Below, piece after piece: positions 1 through 13,699 of a stretch of 64,000 bases of DNA. A model generated the notes under the pieces. The model was not told where the DNA came from, did no database searches, and saw nothing but the letters and a program-made list of their open reading frames with translations. The DNA lies in NCBI GenBank assembly GCA_951406725.2, contig OX597814.1, positions 181,288,001-181,352,000 on the forward strand. The letters run 5' to 3'. A program made the position numbers and the translations under genes. This DNA is from Octopus vulgaris. Lineage: Eukaryota. Position 1 is the first letter of the stretch. Each line of letters begins with the position of its first letter.

Positions 1-479
1 TACATACATTATTGTCATCCTAGCAGGCACATTCCCATATCTGGTTGCCTTTGAAATTGGCAAGAATTATTGGTTCTATCAGCTTTGCACATCAGTGGGA
101 TAGGAGTCACAATCACAAGCATTACCTATGCTTTACATAAATTCAATAATGGCCATTTCACTAAATCACCTGACTAGTGGCACTATATTTTTTTGGAGAC
201 AGTTTCAGGAAAAGTTCTTCAAGAAAACAAGACACTATAGTTAACTTCAAGCCAAAATGCTCATCTTGTAATGGAAATATAAGCTTTTCATGGGTCATAT
301 GAAAAGAGTATTGACAGACAAACATTTCTGATTAGAGCTTATGAAGAAGAAATAAGCTCTTCTGAAAGTTAATTTGTTATTGTGTAGAACCCAGAATTAC
401 CCATAGGTTTTGAATTTATGTTACCCTTGTAGAAGATTAAAGAGTAAATGGTAGTAATAGTAGTAGAAGAAAAAGGGTT

Positions 480-960
480 AGGGAGAGTGGTAGAATGTTA
501 GACTAAATATGTTGCAATATTTAGTTAGGTCCCTTCATATTCTGAGTTCAGATCCCACCAGTTGACTTTGCACTTTCATCCATTATTCTATGGTTATTGA
601 ATGGGGAACAATTTAACCAATTAGCTTCTCCTCCAAATTTCAGGCCTTGTGCTTACATCACAAACAATTATTGTTATTCATTGCCTTTCAACTTGCCAGG
701 GTAAATTAAGTAATAGTAATATAAACTGGGGATCAGCTGTCTCCCTCATAAATTTGAGGCCGTGTCTCCCTCATGTCTCCTCATAAATTTGAGGCCTTGT
801 GCCTGTGTAATATATCATTATTAGCTGTGTATGGGAAAAGCTGTAGTTGGCCTTCTATAATTCTGATATTGGTAAAAATGAGTACCAGCCAAGCACTGGT
901 GTCAATTTAATCGATTGCTCCTGCCCCTATCAATTTGTGGCTTCAGGCCAATATTAGAAA
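480..960 (+). mobile_element. Degenerate SINE plus repeated SINE 3' tails (same family as 22266-22480)
   Basis: Contains ttctgagttcagat...gttgactttgcactttcatcc, then three tails of the type 'agtaccag..cactgg.gtcaat...aaattt..ggccttgtgc....attagaaa', matching 22266-22480. Confidence 0.55.
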
Positions 961-974
961 CCCTAACCCTACTT

Positions 975-1320
975 TCATCATCATCATCATCGTTTAACGT
1001 CCGCTTTCCATGCTAGCATGAGTTGGACGATTTGACTGAGGGCTGGTGAACTAGATGACTGCACCAGGCTCCAACCTAATCTGGCAGAGTTTCTATAGCT
1101 GGATGACCTTCCTAACGCCAACCACTCCAAGAGTGTGGTAGGTGCTTCTTACATGCCACCGGTACAGGGCCAGCCAGGCGGTACTGGCAATGACCTTGCT
1201 CGAATCTTTTACACATGCCACCGGCATAGGTGCCAGTAAAGTGATGCTGGTAACGATCATGCTTGAATGGTGCCTTTTACGTGCCACCGGCACAGAGGCC
1301 AGATAGCTGCTCTGGCAACG
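975..1320 (-). mobile_element. (GAT)n-tailed SINE-like repeat (family A)
   Basis: catcatcatcatcgtttaacgtccgctttccatgctagcatg... is near-identical to 27989, 17082 and 48199 and to the reverse complement of 24300-24610. It has internal ggtgc..tta.gtgccaccgg units. Confidence 0.85.
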
Positions 1321-1857
1321 ATAGAATTTTGTCTTGCTTGAATTTAATGTTTTTGTTAATTTGTATTTAAATATATTTTTGTATTTGTTCTCACCCCATT
1401 ACAAAGATGTTATGACTTGACTTTAAAATTGTGTACAATTATTTTCATTTAATATTCTAAAACTGCCTGGTAGATTTAGAAATACAGTTATTTAGGTGGG
1501 GTTTTTTTTTACTTATCTAACTTTAATTCAACTGATTGATTTTATACAATTTCACTCTAAAAAAAGTATTTGTATACAAGGTCTTTGCTAATATTCACCA
1601 AATTGTTATAGTTGTTGTCTGGATTAAAACATTTTCAAGTTTATTTCCTGAATTTAGTAAAATCTTAATGGTGTTTAACATTGTCTTTTACTAAGCTAAC
1701 ATGGAATTCTTATATTTATCCTGTCTATAGAACAAGGAATCAATTTGTGTTAAATCATCATCTCATTGTCCTGTAATTAAAGTTATGAATGGTCTCAAGA
1801 TGGTAGTTACTTATTTTCTCTCTCAGTGTATGTTATGTGTAAATATTTATCTTTCAG

Positions 1858-1875
1858 CTTAACAGCATTCAGGAG
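1858..1875 (+). CDS. Candidate 18-nt microexon (LNSIQE in phase 0)
   Basis: ttatctttcag|CTTAACAGCATTCAGGAG|gtatga: pyrimidine-rich AG acceptor, AG|GTATGA donor, length divisible by 3. Supported by splice signals only. Confidence 0.3.
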
Positions 1876-3846
1876 GTATGAAAGATGAAAAAATGGTTGA
1901 AAAGGTTCATAGAGGGATAAAAGCTGAATGGACTGACTACTACTACTACTGCTACTGCTGCTGCTACATCAACAGCTGCCAAAGCTCCTGCCACTACTGA
2001 TTTTAGCAGTCACAGCTATAGCTACTGCATCACTGGGTTATTAGCTATTGCATTGATGCCAATTTGGATGAGTCTTTGGATGAGTCATACATGAAAATAG
2101 TAGTGAAAATAACAACACTAATAAATAGTAGTAATAGTAACAATACAATAGTAATATTAACTATTGTTTCTAGTGTTTCAAGTTCATGTCCAGCTAGCTC
2201 AGTAATGAATGCTATTTATTTTCTATTTTAAAATATTATTGTCAGTATTTGGCATTAATAATAATAATAATAATAGTAAACAACAGATATGGTTTATTAT
2301 TATTTTTATTTTCATTCATATTTGCAGCTATTTTCTACTTTTGTATGCTGTAAACCTTCATGAAAAATAATATATGGCTTCAATTTCTAACAACTAGAAA
2401 ATAAATTACAGTATTTAACAGTGTATGCTACATGTAAATAGTTGTTGCTTCTCTCTTAATTAACTGTTACTACTATCATTCCTATGTTACCAAAAACCCC
2501 TAACACAATTTCCCCTGGAACTATATTTTGGGTGCTACAAAAGAACACAATTTTTTGGTTTGTTAGCAGGGTGGTGGTGGGGTGTTGCTAAGAGTGTATG
2601 AGTAAGCCTTGCACAGCTGAGAAACATTTTCTTGAAGAGTCTCTCAGTAAAACACCAACAAAATCGCATTGTCTACAACAGGCCTGCTGCTTTTTGCCTC
2701 CAAGAAAATCAGAAAGAATGTTACAATGCCCCAGTAATATTTTTGTTTTCCTTTTTTACTTGCTCACTTTTTTCAGGAACCCTGGAATAGTGAGAAGTTA
2801 TTTTTCTGTGTAAGCTGAACAGGAAACCATAAACCATAATTCATATAATAAATAAACCCCCTTTGGTCCAGATGCTATTCTAACAATAGGTGTTATGTAT
2901 TAAGATATTTATATCATTAATTCTTAAAACTCTCCTACACTGAAGTCAATATAAAAAAAAATATATATATCCACTATATTCAGTATAAAAAAAGATATTC
3001 ACCATTTTTATATTATTCTGGTTAATGATTACTTGAATATGAAATGATATTGTTAAAGTTAGAAATTATAGAAAATATGCTAGTTCATAGCCAAACCTGC
3101 ATTTTTTCCTTTTAGTTGTAAAAGAATAAAAAAAAAATGCAGAAGTTACAGAAATGTGCTGAATACATACACATATAGTTCCCAATTGGCTGGTTGTTAT
3201 CTGAACTGATAATTTTTTTTATCTCTTTATCAATGTACTGTGGTGGTGTGTGTTAAAACTATAAAGTTAGTGGAAAGTTTAAATAATGTAAACTAACGTA
3301 TGAAACAGAAGCTGAAACATTTTCGGGGCTGCAATCCATGTATGACCATTAGTTTACAGTAACTAGAATTTCTGGTTGTTGGAAGACATTGTAAGAATTG
3401 TGACTTGTTTTATTTCTGAAATATTAACAGCTCTATCAGAATAATGATCATACCTATAATTAGTCACACATTCCTGTCTGTATAGATTATGGCATACTGG
3501 CATCAGTATGCCATAATGGTATACTAGTATCAACTATCATCACCTCTCATTCAAGGCAGCCTAATATAAAGTTGCCAAAATTACATTCTAGATATTAGGC
3601 TTCCACTTCAAGATCACAAGCTACCTTATTCTTGATCATATACTGCTGTTCTACAAAGCTCGAGTTGGAGAACTGCTCATATATTTAATATCTTTAGACC
3701 ATATTCTAAAAGAAGACCAGTCTGCTAATAAGCAGACTCATGCACTAACCCACTACAAAAGCTAGCCCATCAATACATTTTTTCTTCTCTGTCTTTCACT
3801 TTTTCTACGTTAGCTCTTCTCTAAATCATGTAGTTGCATACCACCT

Positions 3847-4308
3847 TTATCTCAGCCCATTCAATGTACATGTCATGCTTCCTCTCTTCACTCTTACTGT
3901 ATACACCAATGTACCAGCTTTGTCTCTCCGAAACACCAATGTACCGGCTTTGTCTCTCCATAGCTTGAGTCCCAGTGCAGCTCCTCTTTCCATCACCTCC
4001 AGCAGTTTGGCAGTTAGCCCCAAACTCTTCAGGTGGCTTATGACCTCCTTTGCCAACATTATGCTCTCATCCACCAGGATGTCATCAATATAGGAAATGG
4101 TGGCTCTTTTCACTTTGTCCACCTTTCTCAGGATAGTTTTGAGAATCATTGCCATAATCTTCAGTGCTGAATTTAACCTGAATCCCAACCTGGTCAGGCA
4201 GTATGTCCGAGCCTTATACCTTACTAGCTGATATTTCCACAGTCTCTCATCTACATGCAGCTGCAGGTATGCTGACTTCAAATCAACAATTATGGAGACC
4301 CTTGTCAT
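3847..4308 (-). pseudogene. Truncated Gypsy reverse transcriptase
   Basis: YIDD catalytic motif is present. N-terminal RT, protease, RNase H and integrase are absent. Confidence 0.8.
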
Positions 4309-5202
4309 CTGCCTCCCCTCTCTTATTCAACCCCTCTCCACTACTCTTTTTTTGACCCCTTCTCATTGTTGCAGTCACTGCTAAAGGTGTCATCCTGCAA
4401 CATGAGACAATGACTCTGGCCCAAGATATTACCTCTCCCATTGCCATGGAGTGAATATTTGGCAGCTTCTGCAGTTTGACCAACATGTGGTCAGGAAATC
4501 CTGTCACAAATGCTAAGTTAACTGCTTGTTCCAACACGTCATCCCTGTATCCTGCAAATCTGGCTAATCTCCTGATTTCGTTGGTAAACACATCAACCTG
4601 TTCACCCTTCCACTTCACTTTCCCAAGTTGATCTTATGCCATAAATGGCCCTTCTGTAAAAGCCTCCATCAGCTGGACTTGCATTTTTTCGGCGCTTAAC
4701 TGGTCCTTCTTCTCCATTTCCAGGTATAGTGCCAATGCCAATCCATCGAGGTACAATGGTATGAAACTCGCTAGGTCATCTGTACTGTAGAGTCTTGCCA
4801 CCTACTTAATTTTTTGCAACCAAGCGGTGACATCTCCCTCACTGCAAAATGGCCTAACCATCTCGTTCAAAACATGGACCATGCCCATCACTTTTTTTTT
4901 TGAGTGAAATAGCTTGTGATGTGAAGGAGGAAAAAGACGGAAGCAAAGAGAATTGCGATAGTCTTACCTGTCGGTCTGGTAGGGTCACTTACAACGTCCA
5001 ATTGCTCCGTCTCGATCTGGAAGGTTCACTCACAACATCCACGTACCATCTAACACATCTACTTTCATACGCTGTTCACCACCAACTGACTGCTCGCGCC
5101 TTGCCAACCCCGCATGCCCACCATGGCCCTTCCAGTGGGACCCACAGGCCCCACTTCTGACAGGACATGCATACTCCCTCACTTCCAGTCCTTCCTTACA
5201 AC
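3847..5202 (-). mobile_element. Ty3/Gypsy LTR retrotransposon remnant (leader, gag, partial RT)
   Basis: ORF 3847-4308 has RT motifs DLKSAYLQL...YCLTRLGF...YIDDILV. ORF 4283-4618 and the broken frame up to ~4885 are gag-like (GEQVDVFTNEIRRLA). The segment is GC-richer and ends at acaaca (TGTTGT on -) at ~5202. No second LTR was found. Confidence 0.8.
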
Positions 5203-5445
5203 ACAACCTGGCTCATAACACCACAGAAGCATCTAAAGTATTTATGTTCTTTGTTGAAGGAATACAAATTCAGTCTTAACTCTCCACTAGCAAACAACAG
5301 TTGGAAGTAAGCTATTGTTCTTGTTTAACCCAAAGTCAACCTGATTGAGTAAACCCGCTTCAGTCATCCTGTTTTTGTTTTTTTTTTGAGACATATTGTA
5401 TCTTAAGGTTACATTATAAAATGTACAACTTTTTTTTTAAAGATT

Positions 5446-5662
5446 GTCATCATTTTTAACATCCATTTTTTTATACTTGCATGGTTTGGATGGCTTGATG
5501 GGAGCTGGCAAGGCCAAGAGCTGCACCAGGTTCCATTGTCTGCTTTGGTTTGGTTTGGTTTGGTTTCTACAACTAGATACCCTTCATAACACCAACCGTT
5601 TCACAGTGTATACTGAGTGCATTTTACATGGGACCATCACCAGTGCTTTTTATGTGGCACCA
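5446..5662 (-). mobile_element. Family A SINE-like copy, degenerate
   Basis: tcatcatttttaacatcc...gcatggtttggatgg...ctgcaccagg...tttctacaactagatacccttcataacaccaacc matches family A. Confidence 0.7.
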
Positions 5663-8600
5663 GTCCAACCAAGTGTGTAATGTTGTCAAAAGAGAAAACA
5701 GTGGTTTGGATGTGGGGTGAATAACATTGAGAATTGAAGAAAGGCATTGAAATGATTCAAAGACTTAGGATAAAAAATATAAGGTGATATAAACATAACC
5801 AAAATCAAACATTTAAGATATAAGTGGACAGCCGGGTTAATGATGATTTACTTTTTTCTTTAATGAAACAATTACTACATTATATCAGATATTTATAAGA
5901 AAAATTATAACTTAGTTTATGTACTACTTCTTTAAGAGTCTTAATACATTTTTTACCCTTTTTCATTTTTGGTTAAAATGTGTTTGTCACAAGCTTAAGT
6001 TTTAATCTTGAACATTTCATTTTGTAAACAAACTATTCATATTACTATCTCAATTATTATTCACATATACTGGGCTAAATTTTTCATTTTGCTCAAATAC
6101 AATTATCTGTACATATATCATCCCAGAAGACTTTTTTGTTTACCAGTTTTTACATATGTAAATGCTAGTAATCATGTTCATTTTGAGGTCACATTGTTTA
6201 CTAATTGATGCTATTGTTGTCTATTAAATCATCCTTGATCTACCTATAATTTGTAATATGACCTTGTTACAAGAACATTTGACTTGTATTTTCAGTTTGT
6301 TTTCATCCAATTTCCTTTAAAACTAAACTGATAGGCTACATAAAACTGATATATATTCATAGACAAAAAGGATAAATAAAATTCAATGCTATCATGTCTT
6401 AATCCAACAGTTCAAAATTTAACATATATAAACAATATAATAATATAAGATGAAATTTTAGACTTTGGAGTACATTTCAGAGGAAAATGCAATGTCTTTC
6501 TAAGCCCAGTTGGAAATCATGTTAAATGATATTAATATATCACAAAGAAATGGCTCTGGAGTTTTGTTAGCCAGGTATCAATACATTAAGCTATATTTGT
6601 TGAACCCCATCAATAAATAGTTTAATAAATTCACTCTTTAAGTAATATTCATTAAGAATTGTTCTCTGTTTTGTTTGTTTTCTATGACTTTTTAATTACT
6701 AGAAACATTTGTGAAATTATTTGGATGACACTCTTTATATTATGGGAATGTTAAGTGTTTTGTATTCTAAAAGTAAAGAATGAAATATTTAAAGGTTTCT
6801 GGTATTTATAAAATTTCTTAACTGTTTATCCATTTAATTCTTATTTTAAATTCAATCTAAAGGTCTATCCTATAGATTTTTATTCTGTATTAGACTACCT
6901 TTTAAATTTTAAAATTGTTTTTGCCCACATAATGCAAAACCTTTAAATAAAGTAGTTCTCTCAAAATTCTAAATTATTCATCTATTTTGGAAAATAAATA
7001 TTTAGTACACATACAATTCAACAGCAGTTTCTTTGGCTATTGACAAAGGAACTTATCTTGGAAAAGTAACTATTAATCCATAGTCAAAATATTGATTTCT
7101 TATATTGGCTCAAGGACACAAACTTATAGGGGAGAGTATAATTGCTAAATCAGCTATATTATTAATAATTATTTTAGGATCTCTGGAGGGAGAAAAGGCA
7201 AAGTTAACCCCAACATGATATGAAATTCAAAAGTCAAAATTTTAGCAATGCTGTAAAGAAGTGGAATCCCTGCTGAAGACATTTGTAATATGTGTTACAA
7301 TAAATGTTCCTCCTCCCACTTTTTGTCATAGTGATTGGCAACTGTAAAATACTTTCTTACAACTAATATCCTGAGAACTAAGATGTTCAGTCTGTCCCTA
7401 AGATATAATGTCAGCCTCGTAAATAGGACTAGCACTTTCTGGTCTACTATTACATACGTTAAGAATGATGTGGAATAGGAAAATCCTGCATGTTTAGTCA
7501 TTACTTCTTTCTTTGCAGCATAGCATAGCAAATTTGAATGCTGGGACCTTGTGAACTAGATCTTGGCAAGTAATTGATACCATAGAATGTAGACATGTAG
7601 ATATATGTTGCATGCAAGCACAGAGATGAAAATTAGTGCATCTGTAAGAATGATCACAAAATACATGTTAAGGTCTAAGCTGCGAACATTGGAACTGAGA
7701 GAGTTGCTATACTTTTTGCGAGAAGTTGAACTGGAAAGGTGTTAGAATATAAGTAAATGACAAATTTAAAGGTAGATGAGCAGTTATGTTTGTTTGAGGA
7801 AGCAATATAAGCTGAACTAGCTCACAAATTATTGCATATTCTATTAATTTGTTATCTTACAAATATAAAAAAGATTAACCAAACATGGAAGACCTTTTGG
7901 GGGAGGGGGATTTTTTTTTTTACTTAAAGGTGGTATAATAAACTTTAATGTAAATTGGATAACATTGGTAAGTTACTGAGAAGCCTAATATTATCGTTGT
8001 TGACTTAACCTTTCAGTAAACAGTGTTGGATATACGGTCAACTCTGTCATTTAAAGAACACTTCTTTGCTAGATGAAAGTTAACCAGCAACAAAAATATA
8101 TTTACCAAGCTGTCCTTAAATATCTCATTGCAAAGTACTCAAATAACAATGACATTTGATAAAAGATGGACTTGACTAGAAATATAGGATTGTCATCAAC
8201 AGAGATGAGTAATAATAGTATCATATCAACCTCTTTAGGAAAGCAAGGACTGCAAACTCAGATGATGTAGACATTTTGATGCAAAATATTGTATGCTATA
8301 AAAATTTGAATACATAATTAATTATCCCAGTTGAATATATAATTAATCTTCAATGTAGCACTGAAATTGTAAGATATTTGTATGTTTTAAAAGTTCCTTT
8401 TATATTAAAGATTCATTGATAAAAGCTTGTTAACAAGCTTTTATCAGTTATATACTACAAGTAAAATGTATTGTATTCTTCTCATTTAGCCAGTTAAATA
8501 TTCAGAAAAGTTACAGTTATTCTTAAAAGTATTTGAAATCACAAACCACCTTATGAAATAGAAAAGAAAGGAAAGTGCATAAGACTCCTAAAAGCATAGA

Positions 8601-9217
8601 AAGTCTTGTGAAATATGCTAGATGGGGAACAGATATTGTAACCAAAAGGTTACTGATATTCTAAGCCTGTCCTTTGAAAATAAATCAGTCATACAGATCA
8701 AATCAACATTTGTATACAAGAAAATCAATAAATTAAAAAACAAATCATTGTTGAATAAAAACCTTTTTAAGTATTTTATTGTTGTTCTTGTTTAACAAAT
8801 AGCAAGTTAACTCTGACACTCAAAAGCATTTCAGCATGAATTTTTTTCTTTTAACAAAGTGTATCTAGGACAATATTTTCTAGTGTTCCCTACCTTTTAT
8901 AAGATAGTAGGATGATAAGCAGAGCAACTGACTGCTTAGAAACTTATTCAAAATTGTTTAAATTATTTATATATAGAAACAATGCACTTTGAAGGTAATT
9001 GGAGTATCCTGTCTGTCATAGATGTGTTAGATATTTCACAAGAGTTTAAATGTTACTAGATGGTTATTGAATTATATTAAATTTACAGGAAATATCCAAA
9101 TGCAAGTGGGTATTTTTAACTACTTTGAAATACGATTTGTGCAGTTTCACAAGCTTGCAAAATTACAATCAGTTTAGAAATCAGAAGTATTTTAAAATAC
9201 ATTGTAGTTGTGAACCC

Positions 9218-9535
9218 TCATGCTGGTGGCATGTAAAAAGCACCATCCGAACGTAGCCGATGCCAGCGCCGCCTTGACTGGCTTCTGTGTTGGTGGCACA
9301 TAAAAAGCACCAACCAATCGGGGTTGTTGCCAGCCCCCTCTGGCCCCCGTGCTGGTGGCACGTAAAAAGCACCCACTACACTCTCGGAGTAGTTAGTGTT
9401 AGGAAGGGCATCCAGCTGTAGAAACACTGCCAGATCAGACTGGAGCCTGGAGCAGCCTCCTGGCTTCCCAGACCCCAGTCTAACCATCCAACCTATGCCA
9501 GCATGGAAAACGGACATTAAACAATGATGATGATT
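9218..9535 (+). mobile_element. Family A SINE-like copy
   Basis: Three gtgctggtggca(c/t)gtaaaaagcacc units, then ...gcatggaaaacggacattaaacaatgatgatgat tail. Confidence 0.85.
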
Positions 9536-10114
9536 GTACAATAATAAAATGTTTTATTTACTAAAACATAGAAAAATTCTTTGTAGGTAATGTGTTTGCA
9601 TGCATTTCTGAGTAACTATAAGGTACTCCCAAACTACATACAATGAGTACAGTTGTAATGATGGAATAATTTTTTTGAGATCATTGGTTTAGAGTTTCAT
9701 TGAATTAGAAAAAATTGTTTTAAAATGCCTATTCATTCAAGCAATAAATAAATTAGAAAGGTGTATTTTTGACATATTTCTGAAAATAATTATATCAAAT
9801 AATGCTAATTTGACTCCTCTAACCTATTCTATCATGGAAAATAATTATAAAAAGTAGGATAATCAAATATAATAGATAGAATTAACATATTTTGTAAATC
9901 ACTTGTCCAAAATTTATTCTATCCCTATATCAATTATTGTTTTTAAAGTATTCTCTTCATATTCATCACATTTAGTCAGTCAAGTATATATTTTTAAAAA
10001 CTATAATCTTAAGAATTGCTGTTTCCTGTTAAAGTTTATTATCTATATTTATTTTTATCGGAGAATTCAGATCATCACACTCTAGTTGGGTAGATTTTGC
10101 AATTAAAGAACAAA

Positions 10115-10121
<7 letters not shown>

Positions 10122-10176
<55 letters not shown>

Positions 10177-10178
10177 AC
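10122..10178. repeat. (CA)n microsatellite
   Basis: Directly visible. Confidence 0.95.
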
Positions 10179-13100
10179 ATTAAGTAGCTCATATTTTGAA
10201 GTCAGCTATGAAGTAAGTGATACAAATAATACAGCTACAAAACATTTTTCAAATGTTTTCTGTTTATAAAATGCTGAAGAAAAACTCACTGTTGCATCAC
10301 TTACCTACATAAAGTCTACATAAGTTTATAGTGTTGTTGCCTAAATTTAGAAAAGAAAAAAAATGTTAAACTGCATTAAACCTGGAAGCAATTACTCAAC
10401 CCGTCTAACTTGTGGGGTTAAGGTAATGTGGGAGGGAGTTCTTTTAAAATCTTTTTTTCTATTTTGAATACAAATTCTATTTCTCTGGAAATTCATTTCT
10501 AACATCATATCTAAATATGGTAAAATGACTTCAAATTTTTACTAAGATCAATGTTCTGTATTTAACTTCATGGTTCTATGTTTTAAAAGCTGTTGTGGAT
10601 TTTTTTTTTTTTGTCTTTGCACAAAATTGAAGAGAAATGAATAGCGATTTGAATAGATTTCTTTGGAAATAGCAAATTGTAAGGCAGAAAAGCAGCGTTC
10701 AACATGAATTTGTAGGTGAGATCTAGAATTGAATTAGTATATATACTTTTTAATTGTGGCTCAAACATTTAAATTTTGAATAGAGTTAGCTACTATTGAA
10801 ACATTTTTAACCATTTAAGAATGTTGCTCTTAATAAAGAAATAATTTATATGTAGTAGTAGAATAGGAAAAATCTAGAATCCAAGATAGAAGTGAGGATC
10901 TGTGTCAGTCATAGTTATTTGATAGAAGAGTTCATAGAAGAGACAGATAAGTTTAGTTGATATGAGCAAGTACTGGATCTAATTTTTTTTTGTGTTTTGT
11001 TTTTTGCAAAACTGCTTTGTGAATCTTTTGAGTGACATCAATAAATTTTTATACCATAATTTATTAATGAGTGCTGAACAAGTGTTACAATTTACCACGC
11101 TTTGTATGTTGTTTAGATTTCTGTTGACTGGTTGAATGTTGATGCTCCAAATCATCCCTGATTAAGGCATTCAAATCATGTTCAGCCTTTTTTTCTTTTC
11201 CTGGCATAATGTATCTAGAATTGCATTATCCAATGTGTGTGTTCTTAACATGTTATGGTGTGATTATAGAGAGATTTGGCTGCTAATTATTGTAGGTTGA
11301 CCAACCACATGAAAATTCCCTTGTTGACTTGTTCTTGTTGATTGATTATAATTATTAGGTGTAGTGGTTTATTGTATGACATAGTGATAGGCCATAGCTT
11401 CTGTTAAGTGTAGAGTTGTGAGGATGCTTTTATCTTGTCAAAAGACATACCAATCTCTCTAGTTCTACTACCGTTTCAAAAAAATGTGAAATGGTTGCCA
11501 TAGAAATCAAGTAAAAAAAATTGTGGGTAAAACATGATTCCTCAACACATATAAGAGAGCAGAATTGACCTGTCCAACACATGCTAGCATGGAAAACATG
11601 TGGAACAATGATGTTGACGATCATCATTGAAAGGGCATATCAATATCCACAATACCTTTAGGAACAAGCAAAACAACCATACTTGAGAAACTAATGTCTC
11701 CTCTAAGCTCTCTATAAATACTTGATAATTGCTCACCACTTAGCCTCATGATACATCCTCAAGCAAATTGTAATAAAACTTCTTTGGATATCAGGTTATG
11801 TTCTGAAGGCCTAAAGCTAATGTATTTGTAATGTGTATGGCATCAATTGTCATTGTGGTAATATCGCATAACATTACTTGACAACCATATTGTTCATTTC
11901 CTGATTGTTACTGTTGTTGATTAGCTCCTGATCAGACCAGATTGAGCAAACATATGATCAAAGATCAAAAACATACCAACCACGACCATCTCATCATTCT
12001 TTTAGAGGTATGTAAGACTATAGTGTCCAATACACCCTTCCCTTTCTTAAAAAGGTAGGATGGTTTTTTTTGAGGGAATTTGGTTGTTGTATCTAACCAG
12101 TCATATAACCATGTAATGGCTTCTTTGTTGGTTCTTAAAGTTATTGATTGTTTGCATGAGTAAAGAAAGTACACATTTTCTTTATTTTGTGAGTGGTCAA
12201 ATAATAGCAATATTCTTAAGACTCTTTTTAATTTATATGTATATAAATACACGCACACACCAAGCTGAGAAGGAAATCTAACTTGAAACTTTTGCTTTTC
12301 TTTTTTTCTCTCACTTTTTTTTTTATCATACTCATGATTAAAAGCGATCTAGGTTATAAGTATGCAAAAGCAATCCAGACAGATTTGTCTAAATCAATGC
12401 TAGCATTAAGACACAATTGTTGTGGTTGATAATAAATCAGCCAATAAATATGCCTTAGGCTTTCTTTAGAAAACTGGAGTTGCTAAAGTTATAATTAAAT
12501 TAAAATTTTAATTCCAAACTAATTTTAGAAACAGTATGCAAGGATGTTTTTTATAACCTATATTTTGTATATTTGCATGGATTAATTTAAAAATCATCAA
12601 ATCTCTTTTCAAATTTCCTTTTATGAAACAAACTTTTTTTGTAATATCTTTTGTAATTTATTAAAGCTTATGACTGTGTGAAAAAAAATCTCTCGAAGAA
12701 GGTAGGGGTGCTTGCAAATTATTAGTGGAAATTTCTGATACCAAGTTGAAGTGTTAGTATTTTGTTTTTCTTTTTAACCATTAGTTACGGATTGAAAGCT
12801 GTTTTATTGTTTGCAGCTAAATTGTTCAAAATCTATATTCTCACAAATTAAGAATTCATAGGACTGGTGCTGAGTTCTTGTTTCTGTAATACTAAATATA
12901 AATGATAATTTTCTTCCTGTTTAGGGTATGAGTTCATCACAGTTAACTCTTGCAAAAGCTCGCTATTATTTCTCCAAGCTGTACATCACTACCATCATTT
13001 TAATGTCCACTTTTCTATACTTGCATGGCTGAGATGAAACTTGTTGAGGCAGATTTTTCTGCAGTCAAATGTTCTTCTTGTTGCCAACCCTCATCAGTTT

Positions 13101-13283
13101 TCAAGTAAAGAGATTTTTCTCCTACTCATTCAGACTCGAACTGCTCAGTGGCCAGACATGTTTGTATGGAAGATTGTAAATAAATAAGTGCTTGCATAGC
13201 AGTGATATTTGTTTACAATCAGTGTGCTATGTCAAGACAAGGAGACATGAGCACACACATGCACACATGTAAGCACACACACA

Positions 13284-13425
13284 GAGGCTTCTTTCAGTTC
13301 TTGTCTATGAAATCCATAAACAAGGCTGGGGCTATAATAGAAAACACTTGCCTGAGGTGCTGTGCAGTGACTCTCAACCAAGAATCACATGGTTGTGAAG
13401 TGAGCTTCTTAACCACAAAGCTATA
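13284..13425 (-). mobile_element. tRNA-headed SINE (family B) 5' fragment
   Basis: ggcttctttcagtt...ggctataatagaaaacacttgcctgaggtgc...cttcttaaccaca matches the head of 28698-29117. Confidence 0.7.
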
Positions 13426-13699
13426 ACTGCTGCACTTTAACAAACTTCTTAAATACACAGCCATACCTGTACCTAGACAAATGGAGTCAAATAGAATGTA
13501 GTGTCTTTTCTAGAAACAGAAACTACGAAAGAAAAATATGTGCTGTTGTTATGAACTTGTGAACCTTAAGGTACTTGTGCTATTTTGTGCAGATGATCAA
13601 TGTTCATAGTCTGCTTCAAGATATCAACCTACCTCAAGTTTGTATATAGTGGTAGTGGTAGCAAAGTTGAGAGGAAGATAATTCCAGGAAAATGCTGAC

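Noticed and set aside
2598-2813. 71-aa ORF MSKPCTAEKH... as a first exon or small gene
   Set aside because: No recognisable domain and only weak donor candidates; cannot be excluded without RNA data.
9218-9372. CRISPR-like repeat/spacer pattern (gtgctggtggca.gtaaaaagcacc three times)
   Set aside because: These are internal units of a dispersed eukaryotic SINE-like repeat; there are no cas genes and the spacers are shared between copies.
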